Both the position numbers and the translations under genes were made by a program. This document shows positions 10,078 to 20,070 of a stretch of 64,000 nt of DNA, in pieces; position 1 is the first letter of the stretch, and each line of letters starts with the position of its first letter. The notes below the pieces were generated by a model, which did no database searches, was not told where the DNA came from, and saw only the letters and a list, made by a program, of their open reading frames with translations. The DNA is from Candidatus Heimdallarchaeota archaeon. Lineage in GTDB: Archaea; Asgardarchaeota; Heimdallarchaeia; Heimdallarchaeales; Heimdallarchaeaceae. Location: positions 13,443 through 77,442 of the forward strand of contig BPTO01000001.1 of the NCBI GenBank assembly GCA_023705985.1. Reading direction: 5' to 3'.

Positions 10078-10665
10078 TTAGAATTTACGAAAACTAGTTT
10101 TAAGTCTTTCAGATTCTTCTGAAGATAGTTTTTCGGTTTCAAGCTTATTTGGATTAAAAGGTACAATTGTAGAATTGCCAAAAGGATCTTCTACAATTAC
10201 ATCGATTGGTAGACCTTTAAAGATGTATTCATCAATCATACTATCAAAGTCTAATATCCTCTGCTTTTCTTCTTCAGTTACTGCATCATTTAATAAAAAA
10301 CGTGCTTTTTCTTGAATATCTCTAAGAACGCCTTCAATATTACTTATAAAACTAACAGCGTTAGGACCAGGTTCAATCATTGCACTAATTTTAGGAAAAC
10401 GTATAGTGCAGTTGGAAGCTCTGATAATTTTTGTTGAATAATCATCAGAATTTTCTGCATGATATGTGAATCGAGTAGGTTCTTTGATATTTAGATTTAT
10501 GAAATCAGTATACTTGTATTTGCAATCATGACAAATCAAATTAAACAGCCACATATTAGGGAAATGAGGAATATCCATAATTTTTTGCGTTACTTTTGTA
10601 TTAATACTACTACAAGCTGGGCAATCAACTGTCATGAATTCTTCCATTGTATCTTTTGCACTCAA
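10078..10665 (-). CDS. ZPR1-type zinc-finger protein
   Basis: A CPACS...CHDCKYK four-cysteine zinc ribbon is followed by a beta-rich domain. The roughly 190-aa length is typical of archaeal ZPR1-like proteins. Confidence 0.6.
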   Translation of the reverse strand: MSAKDTMEEFMTVDCPACSSINTKVTQKIMDIPHFPNMWLFNLICHDCKYKYTDFINLNIKEPTRFTYHAENSDDYSTKIIRASNCTIRFPKISAMIEPGPNAVSFISNIEGVLRDIQEKARFLLNDAVTEEEKQRILDFDSMIDEYIFKGLPIDVIVEDPFGNSTIVPFNPNKLETEKLSSEESERLKTSFRKF

Positions 10666-10770
10666 TACTATCCCTGTTTATTGTATGTCTCTTGTTGATT
10701 TAAGTTTTAAGATTTGGAAAACAAAAGCTTAATATATGTAACCATTTGAATTTTCTGGGAGCCTTACGGT

Positions 10771-11376
10771 ATGAAAGAGAAGTTTAGTAGAATATACAGA
10801 AAATTATTTGAGTTTTACGGAAAACAATATTGGTGGCCAGGAGAAGGCTTAGAAATTGTTGTTGGTGCAGTTTTAGTTCAACAAACAAACTGGAAAAATG
10901 TTGAGAAAGCTCTTGAAAAACTCAGAGTTGTTAATTGCTTATCTATTGATTGTTTGAAGAATATCTCAGTGAAGGAGCTGGAACAACTTATTCGTTCAAC
11001 AGGATACTATAATATAAAAGCAAAAAGATTACAAAATTTAATGAGGCTTCTAGCTATAAAACCACATCCTTCTCGTAACGAGCTTCTTGAAGTAAATGGT
11101 GTAGGTCCAGAAACTGCAGATTCTATTCTTCTTTACAGATTTAATGAACCAGTTTTTGTTGTAGACGCATATACTTTCCGTATCTTTAGAAGATTAGGAA
11201 TTTATGAAGGTGAATCCTATGCTGATCTCCAAAGATTATTTATGGGTAATTTACAAAATAAATCTCAGATGTTTAACGAATATCATGCATTGATTGTTCG
11301 ACATGCGAAGAATATCTGTTTAAAAACAAAACCAAAATGTATAGAATGCCCCCTTAAAGATGATTGCAAATACTGA
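10771..11376 (+). CDS. HhH-GPD superfamily DNA glycosylase (EndoIII-like) with 4Fe-4S cluster loop
   Basis: Helix-hairpin-helix LLEVNGVGPETADSILLY is present, and the C-terminus carries C-x6-C-x2-C-x5-C (CLKTKPKCIECPLKDDC). Confidence 0.7.
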   Translation: MKEKFSRIYRKLFEFYGKQYWWPGEGLEIVVGAVLVQQTNWKNVEKALEKLRVVNCLSIDCLKNISVKELEQLIRSTGYYNIKAKRLQNLMRLLAIKPHPSRNELLEVNGVGPETADSILLYRFNEPVFVVDAYTFRIFRRLGIYEGESYADLQRLFMGNLQNKSQMFNEYHALIVRHAKNICLKTKPKCIECPLKDDCKY

Positions 11377-11409
11377 AATAATGATTAATAATAAAGAATT
11401 GTGAGATAG

Positions 11410-12609
11410 ATGTTTCTAACAAAAAAACAAGAAAAGATGCTGGAAGGTGAAATGGGAGAGGTCATCTCAAAAAATATGAAACTCATCGTTAAACTTGGAG
11501 AAATCAATGAAGCGAAGAAACTTATACCCATAAAAAGTGCTCAAATCGCAGGTGTTTCTTATTTTACAGTGGGTGAAGCTATTTTTTCATTTTTTAATCT
11601 ATTCTCAAAGGAGAACGTCAAAGTCAAAGTTCCAAGTTGGTTAAACCCTGCAGGAATGGACAGAAAAAATTGGGAGAAAATGGGAATCACTGAGAGGTTT
11701 GCTGAAAAACAATTTCAAATAATTCAAAAATACGAGGAAATGGGAGTAGAGTCAACGTTGACTTGCACACCATATTTGATTGGTTATCAACCGAATTATG
11801 GAGAACATCTTGCTTGGAGTGAATCATCAGCTGTAGTGATGGCAAATAGTTTCTTTGGTGCTAGAACAAACAGAGAAGGAGGTCCTTCTGCGCTAGCTGC
11901 TGCTCTAACAGGTTTTACAGCTGAGTATGGTTTTCATTTGACTGAAAAAAGACAGCCTACAATAAAGGTTAATGTTGAAACAAATCTGGACACATTAGCA
12001 GATTTCTCTGCTTTAGGATACTGGTATGGTAAAAACTTCCACGGTGAAACGCCCTTCATTACTGGATTGTCCCAATTATCTATTAATGAAGCAAAAATGC
12101 TTTCATCAGCAATTGCAGCATCTGGAAGTGTGGCATTGTTTCATGCAAAAAACTTGTCTCCAGAGAGTGAAATTATTAGTTTGGATAATATTAAGGAAAA
12201 AATCATTTTTTCTGAATCTGAAAAACAAAGTGTCTATGATTGTTTCACTCAAAAAGACACCAATTTTGATATAGTTGTAATAGGATGTCCTCATGCAAGT
12301 TTAACAGAATTGGTGATTATTCATAGCTCTCTTAAAGACAAGGTATTAAAGAAGAACCTCAAATTTTGGGTTTTTACATCACAAAAAGTATCTAATAGCA
12401 AAAAATTCAAACCTATTCAACGTTGTCTGGAAAAGAAAGGAATCGAAATTTTCACAGACACATGTATGGTAGTATCACCAATAGTTAGAACAAAATACAA
12501 ACATATTCTCACTAACTCAGCAAAAGCATCGAAATATCTCTCTAACAGCAAACAAACTAAAGTAACATTTAGATCACTCCATCATATTCTAAGGAACGTG
12601 ACAGAATGA
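11410..12609 (+). CDS. aconitase X-family large subunit (DUF521); candidate mevalonate 5-phosphate dehydratase large subunit
   Basis: About 400 aa with conserved AcnX blocks (CTPYLIG, SAVVMANSFFGARTNREGG). The stop overlaps the start of the small-subunit gene (ATGA). Confidence 0.65.
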   Translation: MFLTKKQEKMLEGEMGEVISKNMKLIVKLGEINEAKKLIPIKSAQIAGVSYFTVGEAIFSFFNLFSKENVKVKVPSWLNPAGMDRKNWEKMGITERFAEKQFQIIQKYEEMGVESTLTCTPYLIGYQPNYGEHLAWSESSAVVMANSFFGARTNREGGPSALAAALTGFTAEYGFHLTEKRQPTIKVNVETNLDTLADFSALGYWYGKNFHGETPFITGLSQLSINEAKMLSSAIAASGSVALFHAKNLSPESEIISLDNIKEKIIFSESEKQSVYDCFTQKDTNFDIVVIGCPHASLTELVIIHSSLKDKVLKKNLKFWVFTSQKVSNSKKFKPIQRCLEKKGIEIFTDTCMVVSPIVRTKYKHILTNSAKASKYLSNSKQTKVTFRSLHHILRNVTE

Positions 12610-13025
12610 AGTCAATTACTATTAGACCAATTGTTGAAGGAAAAAAAGAAGGACAGGCTATTGTTTCACAATTTCCTATTTCGTTTTATGGTGATGTTGA
12701 TCCTGAAACAGGAAAAATTCTAGATAAATCAAATCCACTATATGGAAAAAGCATTGCTAACAAGATTTTTGTGTTTCCCGAAAGTAGAGGATCTACAGTT
12801 GGTTCTTACGTAATATATGGTTTACAAGTAAACGGTGTTGCGCCCCTTGGTTTAATTGTCGAAACGGCAGAAACAATAGTTATTGCGGGAGCGATTCTAG
12901 CAGACATTCCTTTAGTAGACAAACCAGAGAGCAACATTTTTAGTGAAATAAAAACAGGTGATATAGTTCAAATAAACACAATCAAAAAAGAAATAGTAAT
13001 AAAAAAAAGAATGAGTATAGACTAG
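12606..13025 (+). CDS. aconitase X-family small subunit (DUF126 swivel domain)
   Basis: 139 aa with the typical ESRGSTVGSYVIYGL and GVAPLGLI blocks. Translationally coupled to the upstream large subunit. Confidence 0.65.
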   Translation: MKSITIRPIVEGKKEGQAIVSQFPISFYGDVDPETGKILDKSNPLYGKSIANKIFVFPESRGSTVGSYVIYGLQVNGVAPLGLIVETAETIVIAGAILADIPLVDKPESNIFSEIKTGDIVQINTIKKEIVIKKRMSID

Positions 13026-13040
13026 AAGTATTGTACAATA

Positions 13041-14711
13041 TCATTTATGATTTTGTGCATCAGAGAGTTGTTTTTGGAATTCATCACGTAATAGAGCTTC
13101 TTGTTCTTCTAGGACTTGTTTCTTTTCATTGTCGAATCTTAGATTATATTCTTCTAGCTCCTTTTCCATTTCTTTTCTTATTTCTTGTCTAGCCTCTTCA
13201 AGCTCCTTTGCATGTTCTTTATTGAGCTTAGCCATTAATTCTTCTAATTCTGCATCTTTCTGTTTACGCAATTGTTCTTGTATATTCGCAATTTCAGTTT
13301 CTTTTTGGAGTAGTAATTCTTGTTTCACTAGCTCAGAACGTTCTTCATATGATTGTTCCAATTCTTCTTTTAAAGTTGTCATTGCTTCTTGGACTTTTTC
13401 CTCAATCTTCTGGTTTTGAGTTTCTTTAATAGAATTAACGAACGCTTCTTTCATTAAGTTATCTGCAATCTGGTGAATGGTCTTGATAATTTCAATATTT
13501 GCTTGTACAATGCCGAAATTTTCGGATTTTATCTCCTCTTCTGATTTTTTAAGAATTATAGGAACAATCGCATAAATTTCTTCACAAACTTCTTCTGGTA
13601 GAATTGTAGTTTGTACAAGTTTTTGATAATGCTCATCACTCAGTGTTGTTAGCTCTGTTATGGATTTTTCAAGCTCGTTTACAAGGCTTTTCTCCCGGAA
13701 TGTTAACTCATATGGCCCAATCATCATGGTTTGCTTGGTTTGTAATTGATCATAATATATAATAGTAGCACTGATTTCATGAATTGATTCCCCAGTGGCT
13801 GAAAGACATCTTATGAGAAGTTTATTATCACTACTTTGCTGTGCAGGTAAATCTTCAATAATAAAATTTTTCACACCATCCAAAAGTTCAATTTCCTCTG
13901 GTAAATTCAGTTGTAATTGAATATTGAATGCGTTTCCTTTACCTTCATTTTCAACAATTATTACTAGAGGTGTGGGGTTACCTATAACTAAATCTTTGGA
14001 TATTTTCAACTCAGGAACAATTTTAGGCAACTTAATTTTTGAGCGGAATTTTTTTACCACTGTGTCTACAGCACTGTCTATTGCTGGGAAAAATAGATCC
14101 CCCATAATTTGGTTTAATCCAGGTTTGAGTTGATTACCCACTAACTGTTGAGCGTTGATAAGAGCTTGAGTATCAATCTCTTTTACCGCTTTAATAGCAT
14201 GTCCTGCGGCATAGAGAATTTGTTGAGCTGACGTAAAACCAGGATCATTTTGAATCTGACTTATATATTGCGAATAGAGTTGTTCTGCAGTTGTAAAATC
14301 TTCAATTGAAAAGAGGAAAAAACATGCTGATGAAATAAGTACTACTGCTTTATTGTAATCACTCCAAAGCAAATATTCTTGAGCAGCGTTAATTAAATCC
14401 TCCACTATTGCTTTTGTAGCTGCTACCCAATCATCTTTTGCATTTAGTTGCTTGTAAATTTGAGCAACATAAAAAAGATTTTCAGAGCTCTTTCTGAATT
14501 GTTTTTTATCTTTATAATCCTCAGATGCGTGAATGAAACCTCTGATTGCTTCCATATAAAGATCCTTTGCATGTTCAATGCCTCTAGCATCATCTTGCTT
14601 CTTTGCTGCTTCAAGATATTTCATGGCAGACTCGGTAAAATTCGCACTTTTCAACAGGTCACGAGCTTCTGACATTAGTCGAGCAAGGTTCTCATCGTAC
14701 GACTTTTCCAT
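13041..14711 (-). CDS. coiled-coil protein with possible N-terminal MIT-like helical domain
   Basis: The N-terminus (FTESAMKYLEAAKKQDDARGIEHAKDLYMEAIRGFIHA) follows the MIT-domain consensus spacing. The C-terminal ~180 aa is a highly charged E/K/Q-rich heptad coiled coil. Confidence 0.45.
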   Translation of the reverse strand: MEKSYDENLARLMSEARDLLKSANFTESAMKYLEAAKKQDDARGIEHAKDLYMEAIRGFIHASEDYKDKKQFRKSSENLFYVAQIYKQLNAKDDWVAATKAIVEDLINAAQEYLLWSDYNKAVVLISSACFFLFSIEDFTTAEQLYSQYISQIQNDPGFTSAQQILYAAGHAIKAVKEIDTQALINAQQLVGNQLKPGLNQIMGDLFFPAIDSAVDTVVKKFRSKIKLPKIVPELKISKDLVIGNPTPLVIIVENEGKGNAFNIQLQLNLPEEIELLDGVKNFIIEDLPAQQSSDNKLLIRCLSATGESIHEISATIIYYDQLQTKQTMMIGPYELTFREKSLVNELEKSITELTTLSDEHYQKLVQTTILPEEVCEEIYAIVPIILKKSEEEIKSENFGIVQANIEIIKTIHQIADNLMKEAFVNSIKETQNQKIEEKVQEAMTTLKEELEQSYEERSELVKQELLLQKETEIANIQEQLRKQKDAELEELMAKLNKEHAKELEEARQEIRKEMEKELEEYNLRFDNEKKQVLEEQEALLRDEFQKQLSDAQNHK

Positions 14712-14851
14712 AAAAAACTTACTTCAACTATAATATAAAAATCTATTTAAGGTGCGCGAATAGTAAAACCTTCCAGTACTTCTTCAAAATATTTTCTCTG
14801 ACAGCCAACAAAATTAGAAGAAAAAACATTTGATATAAATATGGGAAGTGG

Positions 14852-14924
14852 TGGACCGGTCGGGACTTGAACCCGAGGCCTCTTGCATGCCAAGCAAGCG
14901 ATCTTCCAGCTGATCTACCGGCCC
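14852..14924 (-). tRNA. tRNA-Ala (GGC); CCA encoded at 14849..14851
   Basis: Manual fold: acceptor GGGCCGG/CCGGTCC with G3:U70, anticodon loop TTGGCAT, T-arm TCGGG TTCAAGT CCCGA. Confidence 0.8.
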
Positions 14925-14948
14925 AAAATAAGGAAATTGTGAAGTTTC

Positions 14949-15113
14949 CTAATTTTTGTTCCAGGCATAATTTCTAATTGTAGTTGTTTTACCAAAACCA
15001 CAAGAAGCACATTGTTTATGTCTTCGATGAAACGATCGGTTTCCACAACGTCTGCAGATTATGTGGGGAGATCCTTTATTGTGTTTTCCAAAACTAGGGG
15101 TTCCTTTTGTCAT
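14949..15113 (-). CDS. rpl37e: ribosomal protein L37e
   Basis: Manual translation: [54 protein letters not shown]. The C4 zinc ribbon and N-terminus match eL37. Confidence 0.8.
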   Translation of the reverse strand: MTKGTPSFGKHNKGSPHIICRRCGNRSFHRRHKQCASCGFGKTTTIRNYAWNKN

Positions 15114-15134
15114 ACTATCCAACCTTCTTATTAA

Positions 15135-15365
15135 TTATTGGGGTGGAGGACTTACCATTATTACATTGTCTCCACGGACAATGACCTCACCAAGTTTATT
15201 ACTTCCTTCATCACCAATTTCTTCGGCATCTGTCAATGTTAAGTTCAAATGTATATCATAGCTCTTGAGAATTCCTCTCATTCTTCTATTTCCTCTTAAT
15301 CTAATAAGAACTCTTTTTTCGCGCGATTGGTTAAGTAAATCCATAGGTTTATTAGTAGAACTCAT
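15135..15365 (-). CDS. Sm-like archaeal protein (LSm)
   Basis: Sm1/Sm2 motifs VLIRLRGNRRMRGILKSYDIHLNLTL...IVRGDNVI are present. It lies adjacent to L37e, the usual archaeal arrangement. Confidence 0.75.
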   Translation of the reverse strand: MSSTNKPMDLLNQSREKRVLIRLRGNRRMRGILKSYDIHLNLTLTDAEEIGDEGSNKLGEVIVRGDNVIMVSPPPQ

Positions 15366-15713
15366 TGTTAATACTCCAAAATGCTACGAATTGAAAGTTC
15401 TGCTTTTTATTATAAAGGTTTTCTTGTAAGTGTATCAAACATATTTTGTTTAAAAAAAGGGTGCTAGAACAAAATATGTTCATAAAAAGGCAGTATGAAT
15501 TGAATAATTATGTAATTATTATAAGTGTGTAGAATGAATAAAAACTGCTATTGAGGTAAGAAATGTGACATAAAACACACGTGTTCCCAATTTAATTAAG
15601 CTCAATTATAACCACTAAACGGATGCTTTGCTTTTGTTAAACATCGCTACCTTTAAGTAACGTTTCTTTTGCTTCTGAATAGAGTTTAAGCTTATTACAT
15701 TGAGGGGAAACCT

Positions 15714-16211
15714 ATGTCAGCTGATTTAGTAACTGTTGACCTTCTAGTCGAAGGTGGCAAAGCATCACCAGGTGGAGCAATGGGTCCATCACTAGGTCCA
15801 CTTGGAGTTAACATTAAACAAGTTGTTGATGAAATCAACGCTAAAACTAAAGCATATACAGGAATGAAAGTTCCTGTAAAAATTACAGTAAATAAGAAGA
15901 CTCGTAATTTCGATCTTGAAATTGGCATTCCGCCTGCTTCTGCTCTAGTATTAAAAGAAGCTGGACTTTCCAAAGCTTCTGGAGAACCCAATACAAATAT
16001 AGTTGGCAATATAACATTTGAACAACTGATAAATGCCACTAAAGCCAAATGGCGGGATTTAACTGCTGCAACACTAGGTGCAGCGTGTAAAGAAGTTCTA
16101 GGAACTATGGTTTGTATGGGGGTTACCTGTGAAGATAAAGATCCACGAGAAGTTCAAAAAGAAATAGACAAAGGCGAGTATAAAGATGTTCTTGCCAAAG
16201 CAGAAGAATGA
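15714..16211 (+). CDS. rpl11: ribosomal protein L11 (uL11)
   Basis: Conserved PPxGPxLG-type region (ASPGGAMGPSLGPLGVN) and the L11 C-terminal domain. Confidence 0.9.
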   Translation: MSADLVTVDLLVEGGKASPGGAMGPSLGPLGVNIKQVVDEINAKTKAYTGMKVPVKITVNKKTRNFDLEIGIPPASALVLKEAGLSKASGEPNTNIVGNITFEQLINATKAKWRDLTAATLGAACKEVLGTMVCMGVTCEDKDPREVQKEIDKGEYKDVLAKAEE

Positions 16212-16276
16212 TTTTCCCTAAACTTTATTAATTAATCAAACAAGTCACCATTGAATTTCATGAATGAGGTATACCA

Positions 16277-16468
16277 ATGAGTAAATTCGTAGTAAAAACC
16301 CGCAATTTCATTATTAGTAGTAGGCGTTTGCTTCGTCATGCAAAGAGACCTACGAGAAAGGAAATATCAATCACTACCAAAATGAGTCTGATAGGTATTT
16401 TGATAATTGGTGCAGTAGGGTTTGTACTACATTTGCTATTCTCAACACTCATGAGTGCAATCAGTTAA
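16277..16468 (+). CDS. secE: protein translocase subunit SecE/Sec61-gamma
   Basis: 63 aa, basic N-terminus with a single C-terminal TM helix, located between L11 and Spt5. Confidence 0.6.
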   Translation: MSKFVVKTRNFIISSRRLLRHAKRPTRKEISITTKMSLIGILIIGAVGFVLHLLFSTLMSAIS

Positions 16469-16502
16469 TAATTTAGCAAAACTCCGAAAAGAAGTGAATT
16501 GC

Positions 16503-16994
16503 ATGCCAATTTATGCACTACGAACCACAATCGGCCAAGAGCAAAGTATGAGTGAACAACTAGCTCGAAGAGCTGATAACCGACCTCATCTAGGTATATA
16601 TTCTATACTATTACCAGGAGGTCTTAAGGGGTATATTTTTGTTGAAGCAGAATCAATAGACCATGTTGAACTCTTAGTTGAAGGTGTGAGACATATCCGT
16701 AAACGTCCGCGATCAACAAGAGCAGAAGAAATTCCGATTGATCAACTAGAGAATTTTCTAATACCCAGACCAGTCATTGAAGGAGTAGACATCAATGATA
16801 TTGTCGAAGTTATTACTGGACCATTCAAAGGGTCAAGAGCAAGAATTATAGATATTAACATAGGAAAAGAAGAGGTAACAGTAGAGCTTCTTGCTATGGA
16901 TTTACAGATTCCAGTAACATTATCGGGAGAATCAATTAGAGTCATTGAAAAAGCTACAGAAAAAGTGGACACTGAAGATGAGTATCTTCTTTAA
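16503..16994 (+). CDS. spt5: transcription elongation factor Spt5 (NusG homolog)
   Basis: NGN domain (GYIFVEAES) plus a KOW motif (GPFKGSRARIIDI). Start set at internal MPIYALRT (ATG at 16503). Confidence 0.8.
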   Translation: MPIYALRTTIGQEQSMSEQLARRADNRPHLGIYSILLPGGLKGYIFVEAESIDHVELLVEGVRHIRKRPRSTRAEEIPIDQLENFLIPRPVIEGVDINDIVEVITGPFKGSRARIIDINIGKEEVTVELLAMDLQIPVTLSGESIRVIEKATEKVDTEDEYLL

Positions 16995-17052
16995 TTTTGA
17001 CCTTACTCTCTAATTTTCTATTTTCAAAACAAGTAATTCAATATTTTAAAAA

Positions 17053-18108
17053 TTAGAAAAATTCTTCCAGTGTTGTTTTCCCTATTGCCTTAAGGGGTCG
17101 AGAAGGAATTTTTAATTTGTTTCTAATCACAGCAGCTAGTTCTGAGTCATAACCATAAATTGTATAAACCGTCTTTGGATTGACTTTCTCTACTAATTCA
17201 AGAAGTTCTCTAAAATTTGCATGCATTGAAAATGGAAACGATTGTTGAAAATTAGAGTATGCAAATCTTGCTGCTTGTCCAGTTAAAATCCCTCTTGCTA
17301 TCCGATGCTCTTCTAAGAATGAAGGGGGTTTTTTTGCACTTCTAGGAAGCAAGACAATACTATTTTCTGGTCTGAAGGGTTCCTCACCTAGTTGATCGTA
17401 ATCGTACCAATTAATGGAAACACCTTCTCGTTTGTAAATTTCATTTACTTTACTTACTCTAGCATTACAATAGATATCAACTGAAAGCATTTCATTAAGA
17501 AAAGCAATTATTTCTTGAGCTGGGCCAGAATAGCCAATATTGATAACGGGAACACGCTTTTTTTGAAGATTGTCCATTACCCATTTTAAGAGGGAAAATT
17601 TAATGGTAGATCTAGGCTCAAAGAAGATATTGGGGGTACCATATGTTGATTCAATAATTAAAGTATCAATATCACCCTCTGGAACTGTAGCTTGTGGGAC
17701 AGTAATCATTTTATCTGTACTAATATCGCCAGTATACAATATTGTTTTCTCATCGAAATAGAAAAGAGTTTGAGAGGCTCCAAGAAGATGACCAGCAGGA
17801 AGAAGTTGAACACCTACGCCTTTAATTTTTTCAGTTTTATTAATGTCTAGAAATTGAACATTTTTGGAGATTTTACCGGTAAGAGCATGGTAGATATCAT
17901 TTGTTAATTTACTTGAATAGATCTTAGTTCCAGAATTTGGAAAAGCCATAGAATGATCAGTATGTGCATGAGTAATGAAAACAGATTGAGACCCACGAGC
18001 ACCTTTTGCGGAGATGGGATCAGCTAGAAAAATTAGATTATCTGTTGTACGACATATTTTAAGCCCACGTTTGTATTCAACGAGAATAGGCATTGATTGA
18101 AACCCCAC
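17053..18108 (-). CDS. MBL-fold metallo-hydrolase
   Basis: HxHxDH motif (ITHAHTDHS) present. The C-terminal part is possibly beta-CASP-like. Confidence 0.55.
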   Translation of the reverse strand: MGFQSMPILVEYKRGLKICRTTDNLIFLADPISAKGARGSQSVFITHAHTDHSMAFPNSGTKIYSSKLTNDIYHALTGKISKNVQFLDINKTEKIKGVGVQLLPAGHLLGASQTLFYFDEKTILYTGDISTDKMITVPQATVPEGDIDTLIIESTYGTPNIFFEPRSTIKFSLLKWVMDNLQKKRVPVINIGYSGPAQEIIAFLNEMLSVDIYCNARVSKVNEIYKREGVSINWYDYDQLGEEPFRPENSIVLLPRSAKKPPSFLEEHRIARGILTGQAARFAYSNFQQSFPFSMHANFRELLELVEKVNPKTVYTIYGYDSELAAVIRNKLKIPSRPLKAIGKTTLEEFF

Positions 18109-18475
18109 TGAATTTAAGATTTAAGAGCCTTTCAATGTAATAGGAGAGTGATGAAACAACAAAGATTACACATATCTTAAAGCTTTTTAAAATGCTAGCA
18201 AGATAGAAATAACGTTTTACAAAGGTGCACAGTAAGTCATTGTTACTTTTTAATGGAAATCAATAGGTTATAAGGTTGTACATTTTCCAGAATACCTAAT
18301 AATTCAAGAATAAGTTTACCAATTTACAGATGAAAAACCCGTTATTAACGTTGAAATTAATTAGTTGTTCTGAAGTTGCACTTAATATAATAGGATAAAA
18401 AAGTAAAAACATTTTAGAACAAAGAAAAAGGAGTCTAGTTCATAAATAAGAAGATTTCATTAATCAAAATATTGG

Positions 18476-18577
18476 TGGCGAAGGAGGGATTCGAACCCTC
18501 GATCCCTGAGTGTTTTGCCTATTTCTTTATGAAATAAATCCCAAACCCAGAATCATACCAAGCTAGACTACCTCGCC
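18476..18577 (-). tRNA. tRNA-Pro (UGG) with canonical 28-nt intron at 37/38; CCA encoded
   Basis: Manual fold: acceptor GGCGAGG/CTTCGCC, anticodon stem CTGGG/CTCAG, loop TTTGGG[intron]A, T-arm GAGGG TTCGAAT CCCTC. Confidence 0.7.
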
Positions 18578-18853
18578 GTTTTTAGTTTGATTTGTCTTCA
18601 AAGTCTTTTCACTTTCTACCATTCATTTCTATAATTAAGGATTTCGCTTTTACTCAATATTTTTTTACTATCAAAAATTGTTCTTTTGTTTCAGGATTAA
18701 ATACAGCAAATTTTGAATCCAAATGCGCTTTAATTAAGAATCCTTGTTTTAAGAATAGAGATACGCTTTCTATGTTACATTCTCCTTTATTCAGAAGTTT
18801 CACAACAATATTTGAAGAAATAGTTACATCTTTTTAGAAAAAAGAAAAGATAA

Positions 18854-19555
18854 TTACTCAGTTGCACTAACTTCTTTTGTGTCTTCACTTTTCTCTTTTT
18901 GGCCTAGTTTTCTCTCAGTTCCTGCGAATAATCGTTTAATATTTTCTTTATGTCTCCAAGTAACAAAAAGTACCAATATAATACCAACGATTGCTGCCCA
19001 CCAACTTTGGTTATGGAAGAACTTCTCACCTGCGAAAAACCAATACAAGGGTGGTGCGGTGAGTGCACTAATTAAATTTGATAAAGATGTATAACGAGTT
19101 TTAACAAGTGCTAGAATCCAAACACCATAAAGAATAACAAAAGCTATTGGATTAATACCGAATATCACTCCAGCAGCAACACTAGCTGATTTGCCTCCTT
19201 TGAACTTTAACCAAACAGGAAAACTATGACCTAAAACAGCCATTATAGCAACACAAGCCAAGAGAAAACCTGGATCAAGATGATACCAGTCACTGGGAGA
19301 TGTACCAAAACCATCATAATTACCAAACCACAAATAAAACCGAGCAGCTAAAACAGCAATTGCTCCCTTCACCATATCGAGAATCATCGTAGTTATGCCT
19401 AGTTTCTTACCTAAAATACGAAAAGCATTAGCTGCACCTATGTTTCCGGAACCATGTTTTCGTATATCAATGCCTTTAATCCATCCTAATATGAGCCCAA
19501 CTGGAATTGATCCCATAAAATAACCCAGAATAATAAACATGAATTCATAAATCAT
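18854..19555 (-). CDS. plsY: glycerol-3-phosphate acyltransferase PlsY (acyl-phosphate dependent)
   Basis: PlsY signature GSGNIGAANAF on a multi-TM protein of 233 aa. Confidence 0.8.
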   Translation of the reverse strand: MIYEFMFIILGYFMGSIPVGLILGWIKGIDIRKHGSGNIGAANAFRILGKKLGITTMILDMVKGAIAVLAARFYLWFGNYDGFGTSPSDWYHLDPGFLLACVAIMAVLGHSFPVWLKFKGGKSASVAAGVIFGINPIAFVILYGVWILALVKTRYTSLSNLISALTAPPLYWFFAGEKFFHNQSWWAAIVGIILVLFVTWRHKENIKRLFAGTERKLGQKEKSEDTKEVSATE

Positions 19556-19698
19556 GATAGTAAAAAAATGTCAACTTTTATTTAAAATTTGTCCAAAAAC
19601 TTTTTCCTGTTATTTGCTATTTTCCGATAAATTCAACTAATACATTAATAAAATCTCAGATCAATAAAAAGAAAAGAAAATGTAAAAGAAATTTGTAT

Positions 19699-19962
19699 TT
19701 ATTTTTCTACACAAATCATTGTCATAGTGCTTCGTACGTTCTCTAGTGCGCGTAGATTGTCTGTAACAATCTTCTTCAGAAGATCCATTGTTTCAGCTTC
19801 AATTTTAGCTATCAAATCGTAGACACCATAGACAACATGGGCTTCTTTTACATTTGGTAAGGACATAAGTTGATCTAATACGCTTTTTTCTTCTCCAATT
19901 TCGCTATTTATCAAGATGAATGCTGTAGCCATTTGGCTCACCAATGAAGTATATGTAATCAA
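19699..19962 (-). CDS. stand-alone Lrp/AsnC ligand-binding (RAM) domain protein
   Basis: 87 aa resembling the AsnC-type C-terminal domain (EAHVVYGVYDLIAKIEA). No HTH is present. Confidence 0.55.
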   Translation of the reverse strand: MITYTSLVSQMATAFILINSEIGEEKSVLDQLMSLPNVKEAHVVYGVYDLIAKIEAETMDLLKKIVTDNLRALENVRSTMTMICVEK

Positions 19963-20070
19963 AGTTTAATAAACTTTTTTGGAAAACAAACATTAAAATC
20001 CTAAAAATTAATCTATTTCCAATAGAGGTAAATACGCAAAAAATTAAATCTGTTTAATAAAACTAAAAAT

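Noticed and set aside
15370-15713. 14-bp inverted repeat (AAACATATTTTGTT / AACAAAATATGTT) in the Sm-L11 intergenic region
   Set aside because: The sequence is AT-rich and low-complexity. It could be a regulatory hairpin for the L11 operon, but there is no supporting conservation.
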